Source of the DNA: Octopus sinensis
Lineage: Eukaryota
Length of the DNA stretch: 64,000 nt
Direction: 5' to 3'
Assembly: GCF_006345805.1 (NCBI RefSeq)
Contig: NC_042999.1
Location: 151,838,001 to 151,902,000 of the forward strand
Shown here: positions 13,501 to 25,499 of the stretch, piece by piece
Layout: the number at the start of each line of letters is the position of its first letter
Position numbering within the stretch: the stretch's first letter is position 1
Translations under genes and position numbers: made by a program
The notes under the pieces: model-generated
What the model was told of the DNA's origin: nothing
Seen by the model: the letters and a program-made list of their open reading frames with translations, nothing else
Databases searched by the model: none

Positions 13501-14639
13501 TGGTGCTATGTGTGTGTGTATGTGTGTGGAGAGAGAGAGAGAGAAAAAAGGAAAAATAGACGGACTGACAGACAGAGAGATAGATAGGTGCTGGCATGGT
13601 GTGCTTAAGAAACTTGTTTTCCAGTCACATAGTTTCATGTTCAATCTCACTGCATGGCACTTTGCACGAGTGTTTTTTACTATTGTCATGAACCAACTTG
13701 TGAGTGGAGTTGATAGACAGAATCTGAAAGAAGTCCATTGTATTTGTATGTATATATATATATTTTATCTGTGTCTGTCTCTTGTTACTCACAGTTCCAT
13801 CTGTATGTGCCTAGGATCTTCAGACAACAAACTAACTCAAACCAAAATGAAATAATTAATCTCTGTTATGGTATTGAGCACTCTTTCTACCAACAGTCAA
13901 CGCTAAAATGGTTGCATGTGTGTGTATATATATATGTGTGTGTATATACACATGCACACTCACACACACACACTAGCACATACAAACACACGTGTCTATA
14001 TATGTGTGTGTGTGTGTTTATGTCTCTGTCTTGACATTGCATAATGGTTGTAAATGAGTGTCCTTGTATATGCAAGCATAGAAAAGTGAACATTAAAATG
14101 ATTATGATGATGTATACAGAGAGAAAGAGAGAGGGAGATAGAGTGAGAGAGAGAGAGAGAGAGAGATCTCTTTTGAGTTTCGTTGTACTTTTCAACTTAA
14201 TACCTTAAAGCTTGTCCAAGTCTCAAAGGGATTCATACAGCAAACTATCAAGAAAAGAATTCTTTATCCATTGACAAACACTTAGATTAAATATGACTTA
14301 AAAGAATAAATTATGTGTTGCAGCTAATGTCACTTAAGCCTGGCTTGTCTTTCAGTTCAAAATACAGCATACATACAATCACATCATTCTCTGTCACTCT
14401 ATCTGTCTGTCCCCTCTCTTCTTTTTCTCTCGTAACTTTAAAGAACTTTAGTCCTTTCTTGCCTACCTTAAGTGTAGACTGATTAACCATTTTAAAAGTG
14501 ATTTGGGCATTGTAGGTGTATCCTTGACGTTGTCAATTTTGATATAGCAAGGCCCACTTGTTTGTTCCATTGGAACTTCGGTACTGCCATTAACAAGTGG
14601 TTCTGTGGTTTTGAAAACAATACACAGCCTGCAGATTCT

Positions 14640-16021
14640 TCTGGTTTGATATTATGGAACTTTTCTCCTTCCATGTTGAAAGCATATTTTCTGCAAGCCA
14701 TAGAGTTTGAGAGACAATTCACTGGGATTAGCATTCTTTGATAGTAGAACAATCATGCATGTCAGAAAGCCACCGATATATCATAATGATTTCTACTGGA
14801 CCAAAAAAGAAGGTAACCTATTGTTCTACATGTCACTTAGGAAGTCTTGGTAGGGTTGAGGGTTTGGATTTCATTGTGTTATTTACCCTAGATACCTTCA
14901 AGAATTGCACCCCTCCTAAAACTCTGGGTTGAATAGAGATGATGGACTGGTCATTTCAAGTAATATGAATGGTCACATTACAAATATATTTCGGAAAAAC
15001 TTAATAGGAATCCCCAAAGTCTTTGGTTAACACATAGCTATCATCACCAAGCTTCTTGTACCTTACTGTAGACCTGAAACAAAGTATGTATTACTCCTTC
15101 AGAAAGTCTTATTTCAATCACTCTTCCAGTTATAATGAGAAATATAGAGCCACCATTAGTAAGAGAGTCTTTAATTTATTCTCTGGTTGAGATATTGTTG
15201 GCAGAGCTGCACCCCATTACAATGAGATGTTAGCAGAGTGAGGCCTAAGTGAGAAGTTGATGTGTGTGAAGGATCATCCACAACTCATTTCTTATGATAA
15301 CTGAGAAGTAGAAAATAATTTGGTTCACCCCTCCAATTTCAGCCTAGATTTTTCTATGAATGTAGCTAGAACATTTTATCCTTCTTTAGATGCCATTTAC
15401 CAAGTAGATATAAATACCACAAATTTTTTAACTTGCATAATGTTAAGGTTAGTTACTTTTTATAAAAATAACATCACTGCCAATATCATACATTATAAAA
15501 AGAAAAGCATACACCTGTGTAGTCCTATCCCTGGCATCCACCTGCAGCTACTGAAATCAATCCATCTATCCACTGTTTGTTTTCACTATTTTCCAAGACA
15601 GTAAATTATAGGTGTCTCTCACTTCACTTGACAGTATCTCAAAGAATGACATGGTACTCACAGTCAGCAACTTTGTGGGAAGTTTCACTCAGCATAGGTA
15701 CTCATTAAGGTCCAAGGGTAAGGAAAAACATTATATTATTTAATCTGGAAACATATGCTTTGCATAATTTGGAGCTTACTCAGCAAGGTACTTTTAGGAA
15801 CCCTCAAAAATGTAATCATCCAATGCTTTTGTACATTCACAGACAATTAGAATAAGAGATATCCTACTCATAAAGCAGGTTAGGGTTAGTTACAAGAAGA
15901 ACATAGTGCTGTAAAACATTACCTCAATCATACATTCGTCGGACCCTTGATAGCACGAGATACCTTCTGATTTGTCTATAATGTATATACATGTGTGCAT
16001 GTGTGTATATAGAGAGATGTA

Positions 16022-16070
<49 letters not shown>

Positions 16071-17090
16071 CACACATGTATATACCCTCAAACAGAAAAC
16101 ATTTAATAGAACTGCATACCACTTCAAAAAGTAGTTATGAATAGCAAATACAGAGAAAAAGAAATTTCCTCTAGACCTGAACACACTCAGCTAATGAAAC
16201 AAAAATTATAACTGTAATGTAATCTCATTCAACCATCTATTTAACCTCAGTGTGATATCTAATATTGCAAAAAGCTTTCTAAATATGATCTGGAAATATT
16301 TACCCACAGGACATTAAAAATATTCCAAACTATTTAACTGGAAAAACTTAAAACTTAGTTATAGTTACATGACTAACATGAGGAATATCATCACAGGTAG
16401 CAGACAACCCAAGGCGCGCAATAGGCACTCCAAAGCACTAAGCCCAACAAAATACAGAAACCAATTCTCTGAATAGTTATCTAAGTATTCTCATCAAACT
16501 AGGTGGTAGGAGAGACAATTTATGCAAAGCTGAGTCATTTGTTTGCCTACTACTTTGTCAGTTCCAAGAGACATATAAGCTCCTTAATCTTGTATTGACA
16601 GATGTGAGGTCAGTTTCAAGAGCTGATACATAAGCCATAGTTTCACTTTTAGACACAAAAACAAAAAAGACAACAAGAACATGCATTATCAAGTTACATA
16701 TGGCACTTGAAAAATCACAACATTGATAGTTCTATCATTTGGTCTATAATGCCCCTCAACATTAAGTACATTCCCAGTTCAAAATTTTATGGCCTCTGCA
16801 ATGATGAAAAGTATTTCAACCTCATCGAAATCAAGCATCTTAAGTATCTTCATGAAAAAAGTTCATTCTTTCAAAGTTTAATAGAAACATCATGCCAGAT
16901 TAAACAAATTAATCATATAAAAATCAAACGTCCAAAGTCCAGTAACTCATGCACAAGACAAGTTTGAAGTTACCAATATGTTGAATCATGGAACTAAACT
17001 TCATGTGAGAATGTTATCCATTCTATCAGCCAGATCAGCCAGTCTATCTGATGAATAACCAAGAACAAGGATGTGAAACTGAGTAAGAGA
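14640..17090 (+). mobile_element. Decayed, near-full-length Penelope-like element (RT plus GIY-YIG) with a 3' hammerhead motif
   Basis: Colinear motifs: VKDH (15266), TFYPSL (about 15371), NIIHYKKKS, GPRVRKNII, GTFRNP..LYIHRQ, LPQSYIRR, SFNHLFNLSVISNIAKSFL..KLFNWKNLKLSYSYMTNMRNII (16220-16395), FRHKNKK..LSSYIWHLKNHNIDSSIIWSI..LCNDEKYF (16645-16820). Many stops and frameshifts; a (TA)n tract interrupts at about 16025-16065. The 5' boundary is uncertain. Confidence 0.8.
17043..17090 (+). ncRNA. Degenerate minimal type I hammerhead ribozyme motif
   Basis: tctat-CTGATGA-ataacc(aagaacaa)ggatgt-GAAAC-tga-GTA-agaga; stem I 4/5 pairs, stem II 5/6 pairs. Confidence 0.6.
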
Positions 17091-17133
17091 ATGGATAATC
17101 CTAAAATATACCAACCAACCACACTCACACACA

Positions 17134-17197
<64 letters not shown>

Positions 17198-17198
<1 letters not shown>

Positions 17199-17496
17199 TA
17201 TTATTGCTATCATCATTTAATGTCCGTTTTCCATGCTGGCATGGGTTGGATGGGTCAACTGAAATCTGGTAAGCTGGGGACCACACCAGGTTCCACAGTC
17301 TGATTTGGCATGGTTCCTGCAGCTGGATACCCATCCTAACACCAACCACTGTGTGAGTGTAGTGGGTGCTTTTTACATGCCAGTTACGAAACACCAGCAT
17401 TGGCCTTGACTATGATCTCACTTAGTTTGACAAGTCCTCTCAAGCACAGTATATTGCCGAATGTCTCAGTCAATTGTCACTGCCTCTGTGAGGCCC

Positions 17497-17500
<4 letters not shown>
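17198..17500 (-). mobile_element. RTE 3' fragment including the last ORF codons
   Basis: Minus strand reads LGLTEAVT.D.DIRQYTVLERT, matching the LINE end at 62885-62960, followed by the common tail. Confidence 0.8.
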
Positions 17501-17534
<34 letters not shown>

Positions 17535-17634
17535 CAAAAGGATGTGTTATTATACTATTCCACAAAAACAGCCACACCAACAATCTGGCATACCACCATC
17601 GTCAGCTGCCCTACGGATATCATTATGGTTTCAA

Positions 17635-18048
17635 CACCTGGGCTTTCACTTATTTCAGTCTTTGAACTATGGCCATGTTGGAGTACCACCTTGAAAAGTT
17701 TTGTCAGACAAATAAACCCCGGTACTTATTTTTAAGTGTAGTACATATTCTGTCAGTCACTTTTTGCTGAACCACCAGGTTACAGGGATATAAACAAACC
17801 TACACCAGTTGTCAAGTGGTGGTAGGGGTACAAATACAAACACAGACACACACATTCACAGACTCACATACACACAGACTCACACACACACACACACACA
17901 ATAGGCCTCAGTTCCTGTCTACCAAATCCACTTGCAAAGCTTTGGTCAGTCTGGGGTTATAGTAGAAGAAACTTGCTCAAGACGCTACATAGTGGGGCTG
18001 AACCTAGAACCAATTGGCTGAGAAAGAAACTTCTTACCATACAGCCAA
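17635..18048 (-). mobile_element. tRNA-derived SINE, family A
   Basis: Reverse match to 59630-60080. Confidence 0.8.
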
Positions 18049-18343
18049 ATGATGACTGCCATCATTTTATCACCACTTCTTATGCTGACATAGTTTGGAA
18101 AGTTGGACAGGATCTAATGAATTAGAAGACTACATAAAGTTCCAATGTTTTGGGATGGTCTGTATAGCTGGATATCTTTATTTGAAGCACTTAACAAAGT
18201 ATGCTGAGAGCTTCTCTCATGACACTGACACTAGAGAGATCACCTTGTAACATGCTAGATTAAATCACTCCTATATATATGTATACACACACGCACATAT
18301 GTATATGTGTATATGTTTACATATATATGTGTGTATGAATATA

Positions 18344-19206
18344 TTAGGTCATCCCATGAATAATGCGTTTTTTTTTATACTTCTTTTATCATTTAAAATC
18401 AAGATAAAGTTCTCTTTTAATCTAAAATATACTCTCATTTTCTACAATGCTCTTCCAAAATTCCCTTGTCTAAGATGAAAAATACTCCTCCAGTACTGTT
18501 CTGACCTCATCTACAGAATTCATATATTTTCTGTCCAAATAATGTTGAAGACTGTGGAATAAATAATAATTAGATGGGGCAATGTCCAGTGAATATGGTG
18601 GGTGAAGCATCATTCCCCATTCAAACTGCACCAGCCTTTCCAATGTCATCCTTACTAAATGTGACCAAGCATTATCCTGGTGGAAGAAAACCTGTTGCCT
18701 TAAAACCAAAGATGGTCATTTTCCTTCTAACGCAGGTGTTGATGAATGGTTGAATGACCAAATCCAAGCTTCTCTGCTAGTTCCTCAACAGTTATGATGG
18801 GATTTTCTTCCATCAGGGTTTGCAGGATGTCCTTGCTGTGCTCTACAGATCTTCCAGGACGTGGATCATCTTCTAGGCTGTAGTTTCTGGCTCGAAATTT
18901 CTGGAACCATTGTTGACACTGGCTTATGCTTATTGTCCAATCCTCATATACTGCATTAACTTTCCATTGCATTGTTGCCTTTATTGAACTCAAAACAAAA
19001 TATGCTGAATATGCTCATTTAAAACTTCACTTATAACTTTGAAAAAAATAACTGTTGAAATCGAACTACTCTCTTCCAAACTTTCACTAAGAATAAGACC
19101 AAGTAAAATTACTAGCTGCTTTTATAGCAAGTTGATGCAGGTAGTTTATGCCATCCCTTTCTGACTTTTAGATTGAAAATGTCACATTATTTACCGGATG
19201 ACCCAA
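18344..19206 (-). mobile_element. Internally deleted mariner transposon, 863 bp
   Basis: TA|ttaggtcatccc...ggatgacccaa|TA TIRs (19/24 match); N-terminal HTH (WFQKFR..LEDDPRPGR..ELAEKLG) joined directly to HQDNA..HPPYSLDIAPSNYYLF. Confidence 0.92.
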
Positions 19207-19281
19207 TATATATATGCATATATATGTATGTATCTATGTGTATGTGTGTGGGGGGAGGGTATATATAGATACATATATATG

Positions 19282-19317
<36 letters not shown>

Positions 19318-19323
19318 TATATA

Positions 19324-19378
<55 letters not shown>

Positions 19379-19380
19379 TT
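19207..19380. repeat. (TA)n / (TATG)n microsatellite
   Basis: Direct. Confidence 0.95.
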
Positions 19381-20029
19381 ATATGTGTATGTATTTTCAA
19401 TGGAATTTTGTATTACAAAATGTTATCTTGTTCATCCATCCATTAGTTTATCAGTTTCATCTATTCTTACATAAGAAATCTTGTTTACAATTTACAAGAT
19501 CAATTCTTTTCTTACCCTTTCTATTCCTTCCTCATTCTTTCTATTTCCATGTTTACTTCGCAATTGAGTCATATGGAATTGTGTCTTTCCCTGACATTAA
19601 TCTTCATGACAGAATCTTTTTGGAATTTACTTTATTTGTATCTTATTATTTCTGTATTTATTAGCAAGAAATGGATAATTTTAGATTTTTAGACTACACA
19701 AATAGAAATGAATGAAATGAAAATAGAAGAGAGTTAAAGAATGAAACGCTGTAGAATATTTTAATCTCAAACTCTGTGTATTTATCTATTCATGCTTAAG
19801 GTTATCAATTGAATATATCTTACTTTATTGCATAGCTCAATGTTATCCTAGTTCTACGTCATACAGGTATCTCTCTAGCCTACTTTATATATATTTTTGT
19901 GTGTGTGTACATGTGTATGTGTGTGTGTATGCGTCTGTGTGTGTTTGTGTCTGTCTGTCTGTCTGTGTATGTGCATATGTGACCATGTAGTTAAGGATTA
20001 AACTCTGCAGCCATGTGCTTTTGGTTTGA

Positions 20030-20713
20030 CTGAGGTCTGGAGAGCACAGCGGCTGCACCAGGCTCCAATCTGATCTGGTAGTGTTTCTACAGCTGGGTGC
20101 CCTTCCTAATGCCAACCACTCTGAGACTGTAGTGGGTGCTTTTTACATGCCACTGACACAGGAGCCAGTCAGGGGGTACAGGCATTCGCCATATTCAGAT
20201 GGTGCTTTTTATGTGCCACTGTCACAGGAACCCGTCAGGTGGACTCGGCATCAACCACGTTTGGATGGTGCTTTTTACGTGCCACTGGCATGGGAGCCAG
20301 TCAAGGGACACTGGCCACAGCTACGATATTGGTTTTACTTGACTGAACAGGTCTTCTCAAGCATATCATATTGCCTGATGCATCAGAGGTACTCTTAACT
20401 GGGCCGGACATGCATGGCTGTGATCTCAGTTGCTGGGTCTTCTCAGTCACAGCATATCTCCAAAGGTCTTGGTCTCCTGTCATTGCGTCTGTGAGGCCCA
20501 ATGTTCAAAGGTCATGTTTCACTACCTCATCCCATGACTTCCTGGGTCTACCTCTTCCACAGGTTGCTTCCACTGTTAGGGCGTGGCACTTCCTCACACA
20601 GCTGTCCTCATCCATACATAACACATGACCATACCTGCACAGCCGTCTCTCTTGCACACCACATTTGATGCTTTTTATGCCCAAATTTTCTCTCAGAGTG
20701 CAGACACTCTGTC
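20030..20713 (-). mobile_element. RTE LINE 3' fragment (ORF2 end, VNTR and tail)
   Basis: Minus strand reads RGRPRKSWDEVVKHDL..LGLTDAMTGDQDLWRYAVTEKT, homologous to 62680-62960. Confidence 0.9.
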
Positions 20714-20958
20714 ATGGTGTCTGCCTGGATAATATATCCCTCCATACTCACATTTAACTCTGCCCATTTGACTCCTGATATTATTTATATCCTGTAAGTT
20801 GGACTATACATGTGTACATTTTTTCTATTAAATGTATTTAAATTGACTTTCCTAACTTGCTTCTCATTACATTTTCTCATGTACCAGCTCAAGTTCATAT
20901 TTTTTGAGCACTTTGAAGTGTATGCTATATAGAGAACACCTGTCTCTAACCTATAAAC

Positions 20959-21024
<66 letters not shown>

Positions 21025-21262
21025 ATCAAAATAAGCAACAAGGATATCCAAGGTAGTGTAGTACAATTGTTTCATGCTACTTCATTTTATGAAACACTGT
21101 AAGTATTACATCAGTTTTAAAATGTCGAACAATCTTCAGCCACATATAGAATTTGATTTATATGGATAATACCATGCAAAATTCTGGTGCCTTTAATTTA
21201 AGTACCATATTCATCTGAATCTAAATTTTGCTGAACTTACACATATATATATATATATATAT

Positions 21263-21660
21263 CAGGGATGTGCTGCCTAGGTAGGCAAAGTAGGTAGTGC
21301 CTAATTTGAGTAAAGTAGATCAATAGCAACGTTTTCCTTTTATTGCAAAATATGCACCTAATTCAGTAAAATCATGAAAGTTATTCTGATTACTATGCAT
21401 AAAATGCAAAATATTTTATTTTTTTGTAGATTAGGTTGGCATAATTTGCCCCTGCCTTTCAGTCTCAGTATTAAAGCTAAGCATAGAACTGCTGTAGTAC
21501 AAGTGCTGCGTACACTCCTATAACACCGTTTTCTTTATGTGCTATAAAGGCAAAAGTAAATCAACTCAGTCGTGCACCTGTGTTTCACTTACTTTTGTGT
21601 TTTACTACATAAAGGTCACCAACTGCTTACCCTGAGCAATTACTGACAGCACATGCCCTG
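21263..21660 (+). mobile_element. hAT-type MITE, 398 bp, copy 1
   Basis: TIRs cagggatgtgctg / cagcacatgccctg; homologous to 33775-34172 and 51547-51943. Confidence 0.8.
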
Positions 21661-21925
21661 ACTGGTCCCATACTGGTGGCATGTTAAAAGCACCATTCGA
21701 GTGTGATCATTGCCAGTACTACCTGACTGGCCCTCATGCTGGTGGCATGTAAAAAGCACCCACTATGCTCTTAGAGTGGGTGGTGTTAGGAAGGGCATCC
21801 AGCTGTAGAAACTTTGCCAGATTGGATTGGAGCCTGGTGCAGCCTTCTGGCTTGCCAGCCCTTCGTCAAACCATCAAACCCATGCCAGCATGGAAAGCAG
21901 ATGTTAAACGACGACGACGATGGTG
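21661..21925 (+). mobile_element. RTE-type 3' tail
   Basis: Matches 63740-63920. Confidence 0.85.
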
Positions 21926-22088
21926 ATGATGGTATATAAGCACTGCGGTTGATTTGTTTGACTAAACCCTCCAAGATGGTACCCCAGCAATGGCCACAGT
22001 CCAATGACTAATTTAAGTAAAAGATAAAAAATAAAGATATGCACATGTATGAGTTCTCTTTCTCCTATTTGTTATTACCAAAGTAGCA

Positions 22089-22123
<35 letters not shown>

Positions 22124-22384
22124 TTGTGTGTGTGTGCACTTGTGTTTGTGTTTGTATTACATATGCAAGAATCACTGGAGACACAAAAAAATGTAGAGTT
22201 CCAGCAGTTATGTTTGGACAGAAGCTAATATATATCTAGCTATTTACATATGTTTTGAACGACTTGAAAGAAAGGAAAAAAAAAAATCTATTTCAATGCA
22301 AGATCAGGTTTGTTTTTTATTGTTATTATTATTTTATTTAATAAAGTTTTGGTGTCTTGCCGAGAAAATATTATTTAACTATCT

Positions 22385-22385
22385 C

Positions 22386-22435
<50 letters not shown>
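22385..22435. repeat. (CAA)n microsatellite
   Basis: Direct. Confidence 0.95.
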
Positions 22436-22513
22436 GAGTGGTAATAGCAATAGCTTCTCTGGCCAATATTATTAGATAAAGTTTCTTTAAATCAACTATC
22501 TTGTACCTGAGAT

Positions 22514-22695
22514 CATCATCATTGTCTTCATCATCATCATCATCATCCTCATCATCGTTGTCATCATCATCATTGTCTTCATCATCATCTTCATCATCCT
22601 TATCATCAACATCCTTATCATCATCCTCATCATCATCATCGTCATCATTGTTTTCGTCATTATCATCACCTTCATCATCATCATCATCATCATTG
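22514..22695. repeat. (CAT)n degenerate tract
   Basis: Direct. Confidence 0.95.
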
Positions 22696-23302
22696 TATCA
22701 TTGTCATTATACCACCATCAGCAGTCATTCACTTCAAAGCTCTTTTGCCATTACAGCTTGTCCCAGTACGTCTTCATTTTGTATAATCTCCTGTACGAGG
22801 TACATTTGCTCTCAATCCTCTCCCAGTTACTTCTTATCAAATCTTCTTTGGTCTGCTTCTACAACAGTATCTCTCCACTATTAATTCATGAAGCTATTAT
22901 AACCATGTCACAGCATTTGTTTGCATCACATGTCCAAACCAATGCAGTCATCCGTCTTGCACACATTCTTTAATATCTTTCCTTCTCGGTTGCTTCCTCA
23001 ACTCATATTTACCAAAGTTTCTTCTATGTTAACATTTCATGACAAGTGGACATTTGATTCTCTCTACTCACTGATAAAGTCTCTACTACACAACGTTTTG
23101 TACAAAGAAGAATTTTGTAGTAAAAGATCTTTTATTTTTTTAACTTTTATTTGTTTCAGTCATTGGACCTAGGCCATGGTGGGATACTTAAACAAATCAC
23201 TCCTTGTACTTGTGTTCTTAAGTCTGCTACTTATTCTACAGGTACAATTCTATATTTAAGAGATGAGGAATTATGTACATTATTTACATTTGTTTTTTTG
23301 CT

Positions 23303-23348
23303 AACACAACATTTTGGCTGATGCACCCTCCAGCCTTCATCAGGTGTC
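23303..23348 (-). ncRNA. Minimal type I hammerhead motif, left arm; GAAAC decayed to AAAAT
   Basis: gacac-CTGATGA-a-ggctg(gagggtgcat)cagcc-aaaa-tgtt-gtgtt. Confidence 0.65.
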
Positions 23349-23404
23349 TTGGGGGAAATTTTGAACCTGGGTTCTCATTCCTAAGGTATTTTTCAATATT
23401 ATTA

Positions 23405-23445
<41 letters not shown>

Positions 23446-23446
<1 letters not shown>

Positions 23447-23516
23447 TCACTGCCCGGAATCAAACTTGGAATCTTGGGGTTAGTAGCCCGTGCTCTTAAC
23501 CACTATGCCATATGCC
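23446..23516 (-). ncRNA. tRNA-derived head (Pol III A and B boxes); not a functional tRNA
   Basis: TGGCATAGTGG (A box), GTTTGATTCC (B box), anticodon-like loop ctactaa; acceptor stem does not pair. Confidence 0.75.
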
Positions 23517-23522
23517 TGTGGA

Positions 23523-23560
<38 letters not shown>

Positions 23561-23607
23561 TCGAAAAATACCTTAGGAATGAGAACCCAGGTTTGAAATT
23601 TCCTCAA

Positions 23608-23653
23608 GACACCTGATGGTGGCTGGAGGGTATATCAGCTGAAACGTTGTGTT
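23608..23653 (+). ncRNA. Minimal type I hammerhead motif, right arm; CTGATGA decayed to CTGATGG
   Basis: gacac-CTGATGG-t-ggctg(gagggtatat)cagct-GAAA-cGTT-gtgtt. Confidence 0.65.
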
Positions 23654-24154
23654 AACAACAAACAAGATGAGGACAAATATCTGTCAAATATAAATAAAGT
23701 ATTCTATAGGTCTTGTTTGCCAAACTGCTAAGTTTGGGGATATAAACAAACCAACACCAGTTATCATGTAGTAGAGTTGGGGCCAGAAAATAACACAAAG
23801 TCACACACACTCATATATGTGTGATGAGCTGCCACTTAGTTTCCATCTACCAGATCCACTCACCAGACATTTGTCATCCTGGTGCTCTAGTAGGAGACAC
23901 TTTCCCAAGGTGCCATGTAGGGAGACTGAACCAAAAAGTTTGTAGTTACAAAACAAGCTTCTAACCACACAACCATGCCTGTACCTTATAAAGTTAAGAA
24001 CGTTTTTAATAAATATGTATTACATATTGTTGTGTCATGGGACAGGCTTAAAATAAAAAAATACTGGGGTCAATTCATTCAATTAAAACTCTTCAAAGTG
24101 ATACCCCAGCATGGCCACAGTCTATTGATTGAAACAAGTAAAAGGTAAAAGGTA

Positions 24155-24388
24155 CAGGGTGTTCAAAAAGTTTCTCCGCAGTAAGTATTTTCTTACAAAA
24201 TAAATATTTATAATACTACCAAAGAATATATTAGACTTTACAAGACTTTAAAAAACTTTATAAGAGGTGTTGAAAGTGTTGTCCTTCATTTTCAATACAT
24301 AAGTTGACTCTTTTACACATGCTTTGAAATATATCTTGGAGAGTCAGGATGAAAAAATTTACTGCTGAGAGACTCTTTGAACACCCTG
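24155..24388 (-). mobile_element. Tc1/mariner-type MITE, 234 bp
   Basis: TA|cagggtgttcaaa...tttgaacaccctg|TA; retains the transposase C-terminus RVNLCIENEGQHFQHLL*. Confidence 0.88.
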
Positions 24389-25499
24389 TATATAATTTTG
24401 CTGCAGAATTGAACGGGTTTATAATCAGTGTCGTTTCAGCCATGGTCATCCCACCCATTTTTTCCCAGACTTAGTAAGAATTTCATTACCCTTGGTTTGC
24501 CTTGCCTTCTGTTCTTCCTTTTTGTTAAAGATGACAGGGTGTGATTTAAGGGAAGTGTGGTTATTATTTCTGGGCAGTGGAGGTTATCAAAACAGTAAAG
24601 CATCATGCCAAATTCTCTTTATGGTTTCATGCTTCTTGGTTCTGAGTCTAAAACCCTGCATGAATTGATTTTTGCCTTTTATATATCTAAGTTTAAATAA
24701 ATAATATCATTAATATACCAAGACTGATTCGATCAATTATATCACATATTTTTTGAAAAAAAAAAAAAGAAAGAAAAGAAAAATAAAAATGGCTTAGTGC
24801 CTAGTCACACAAAATCAATATATTTTATGGTCTGTTTTGATAGAATGAAATGGTTTTATACTTCTTTACATACAGCAGGAATACGTGGTCATATTTTTTG
24901 ATTTGTGAGTGTTCCAGCTGGGATGCCTGTGTATATCTGCTGCAGTAACACCCCTGTTTCTGTCCCTCTATCATACTTTTAGCCTCTCAACAACCTGCAC
25001 AAAGCCACCTTGCCAATACTGCACCTCCACTCAGTTGAGGGGTGTCTTAACCTCATCAATGTCATCATCATCATCATCATTGTATTCATTGTCATTGTTG
25101 TCTTTGTCTGCTTTTTTATGCTTACATGGGTCAGACAGACTTCATTGAGGTAGACTTCCCTTAGCTAGAAGCTCTTCCTGTTGCCAACCCTTTCCTCCCA
25201 CTAAGCCAGATAATGTTTCCCCATAGCCAAATATATTTTCGGAAATAGTTGGAATTGGAAACAAAAACACTGCTTGTATGATGGTGAATTTGTTTACAAC
25301 TCTTGTGCAATGACAAGGTATGGAAACATAAATACACACACACACATGCAATATGCTTCTATTAGTTTTTACCTAGCAAGTCCATTCATAAAGTGTTAGC
25401 CCCAGGGCTATAGTTGAAGACATTTCTCAAGTAGTGAGACTGAAACTAAAATGACATGTTCCAGAAGCAAGTTACTTAACCACACAGCCATATTATGCC

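Larger units (their letters stand above)
23244..23699. mobile_element. tRNA-headed element with inverted duplicated arms, each carrying a hammerhead motif
   Basis: Arms at about 23281-23448 and 23521-23698 are inverted copies; the centre is a tRNA-like head; 12-bp target duplication (11/12). Confidence 0.8.
23140..23990 (-). mobile_element. Family A SINE split by the 23244-23699 insertion
   Basis: SINE sequence stops at tattctacaggt (23232-23243) and resumes at tattctataggt (23700-23711). Confidence 0.8.

Noticed and set aside
14467-14690. Minus-strand exon candidate (LCIVFKTTEP...LHLR|gtaggc)
   Set aside because: Weak acceptor; it overlaps the probable 5' region of the plus-strand Penelope remnant.
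21095-21135. Third hammerhead on the minus strand (ctgaaga..aaaac..gta)
   Set aside because: GAAA is absent, stem II has extra bases and stem I does not pair.
23446-23516. Functional tRNA gene
   Set aside because: The acceptor stem does not pair and the B box is decayed; it is a SINE head.
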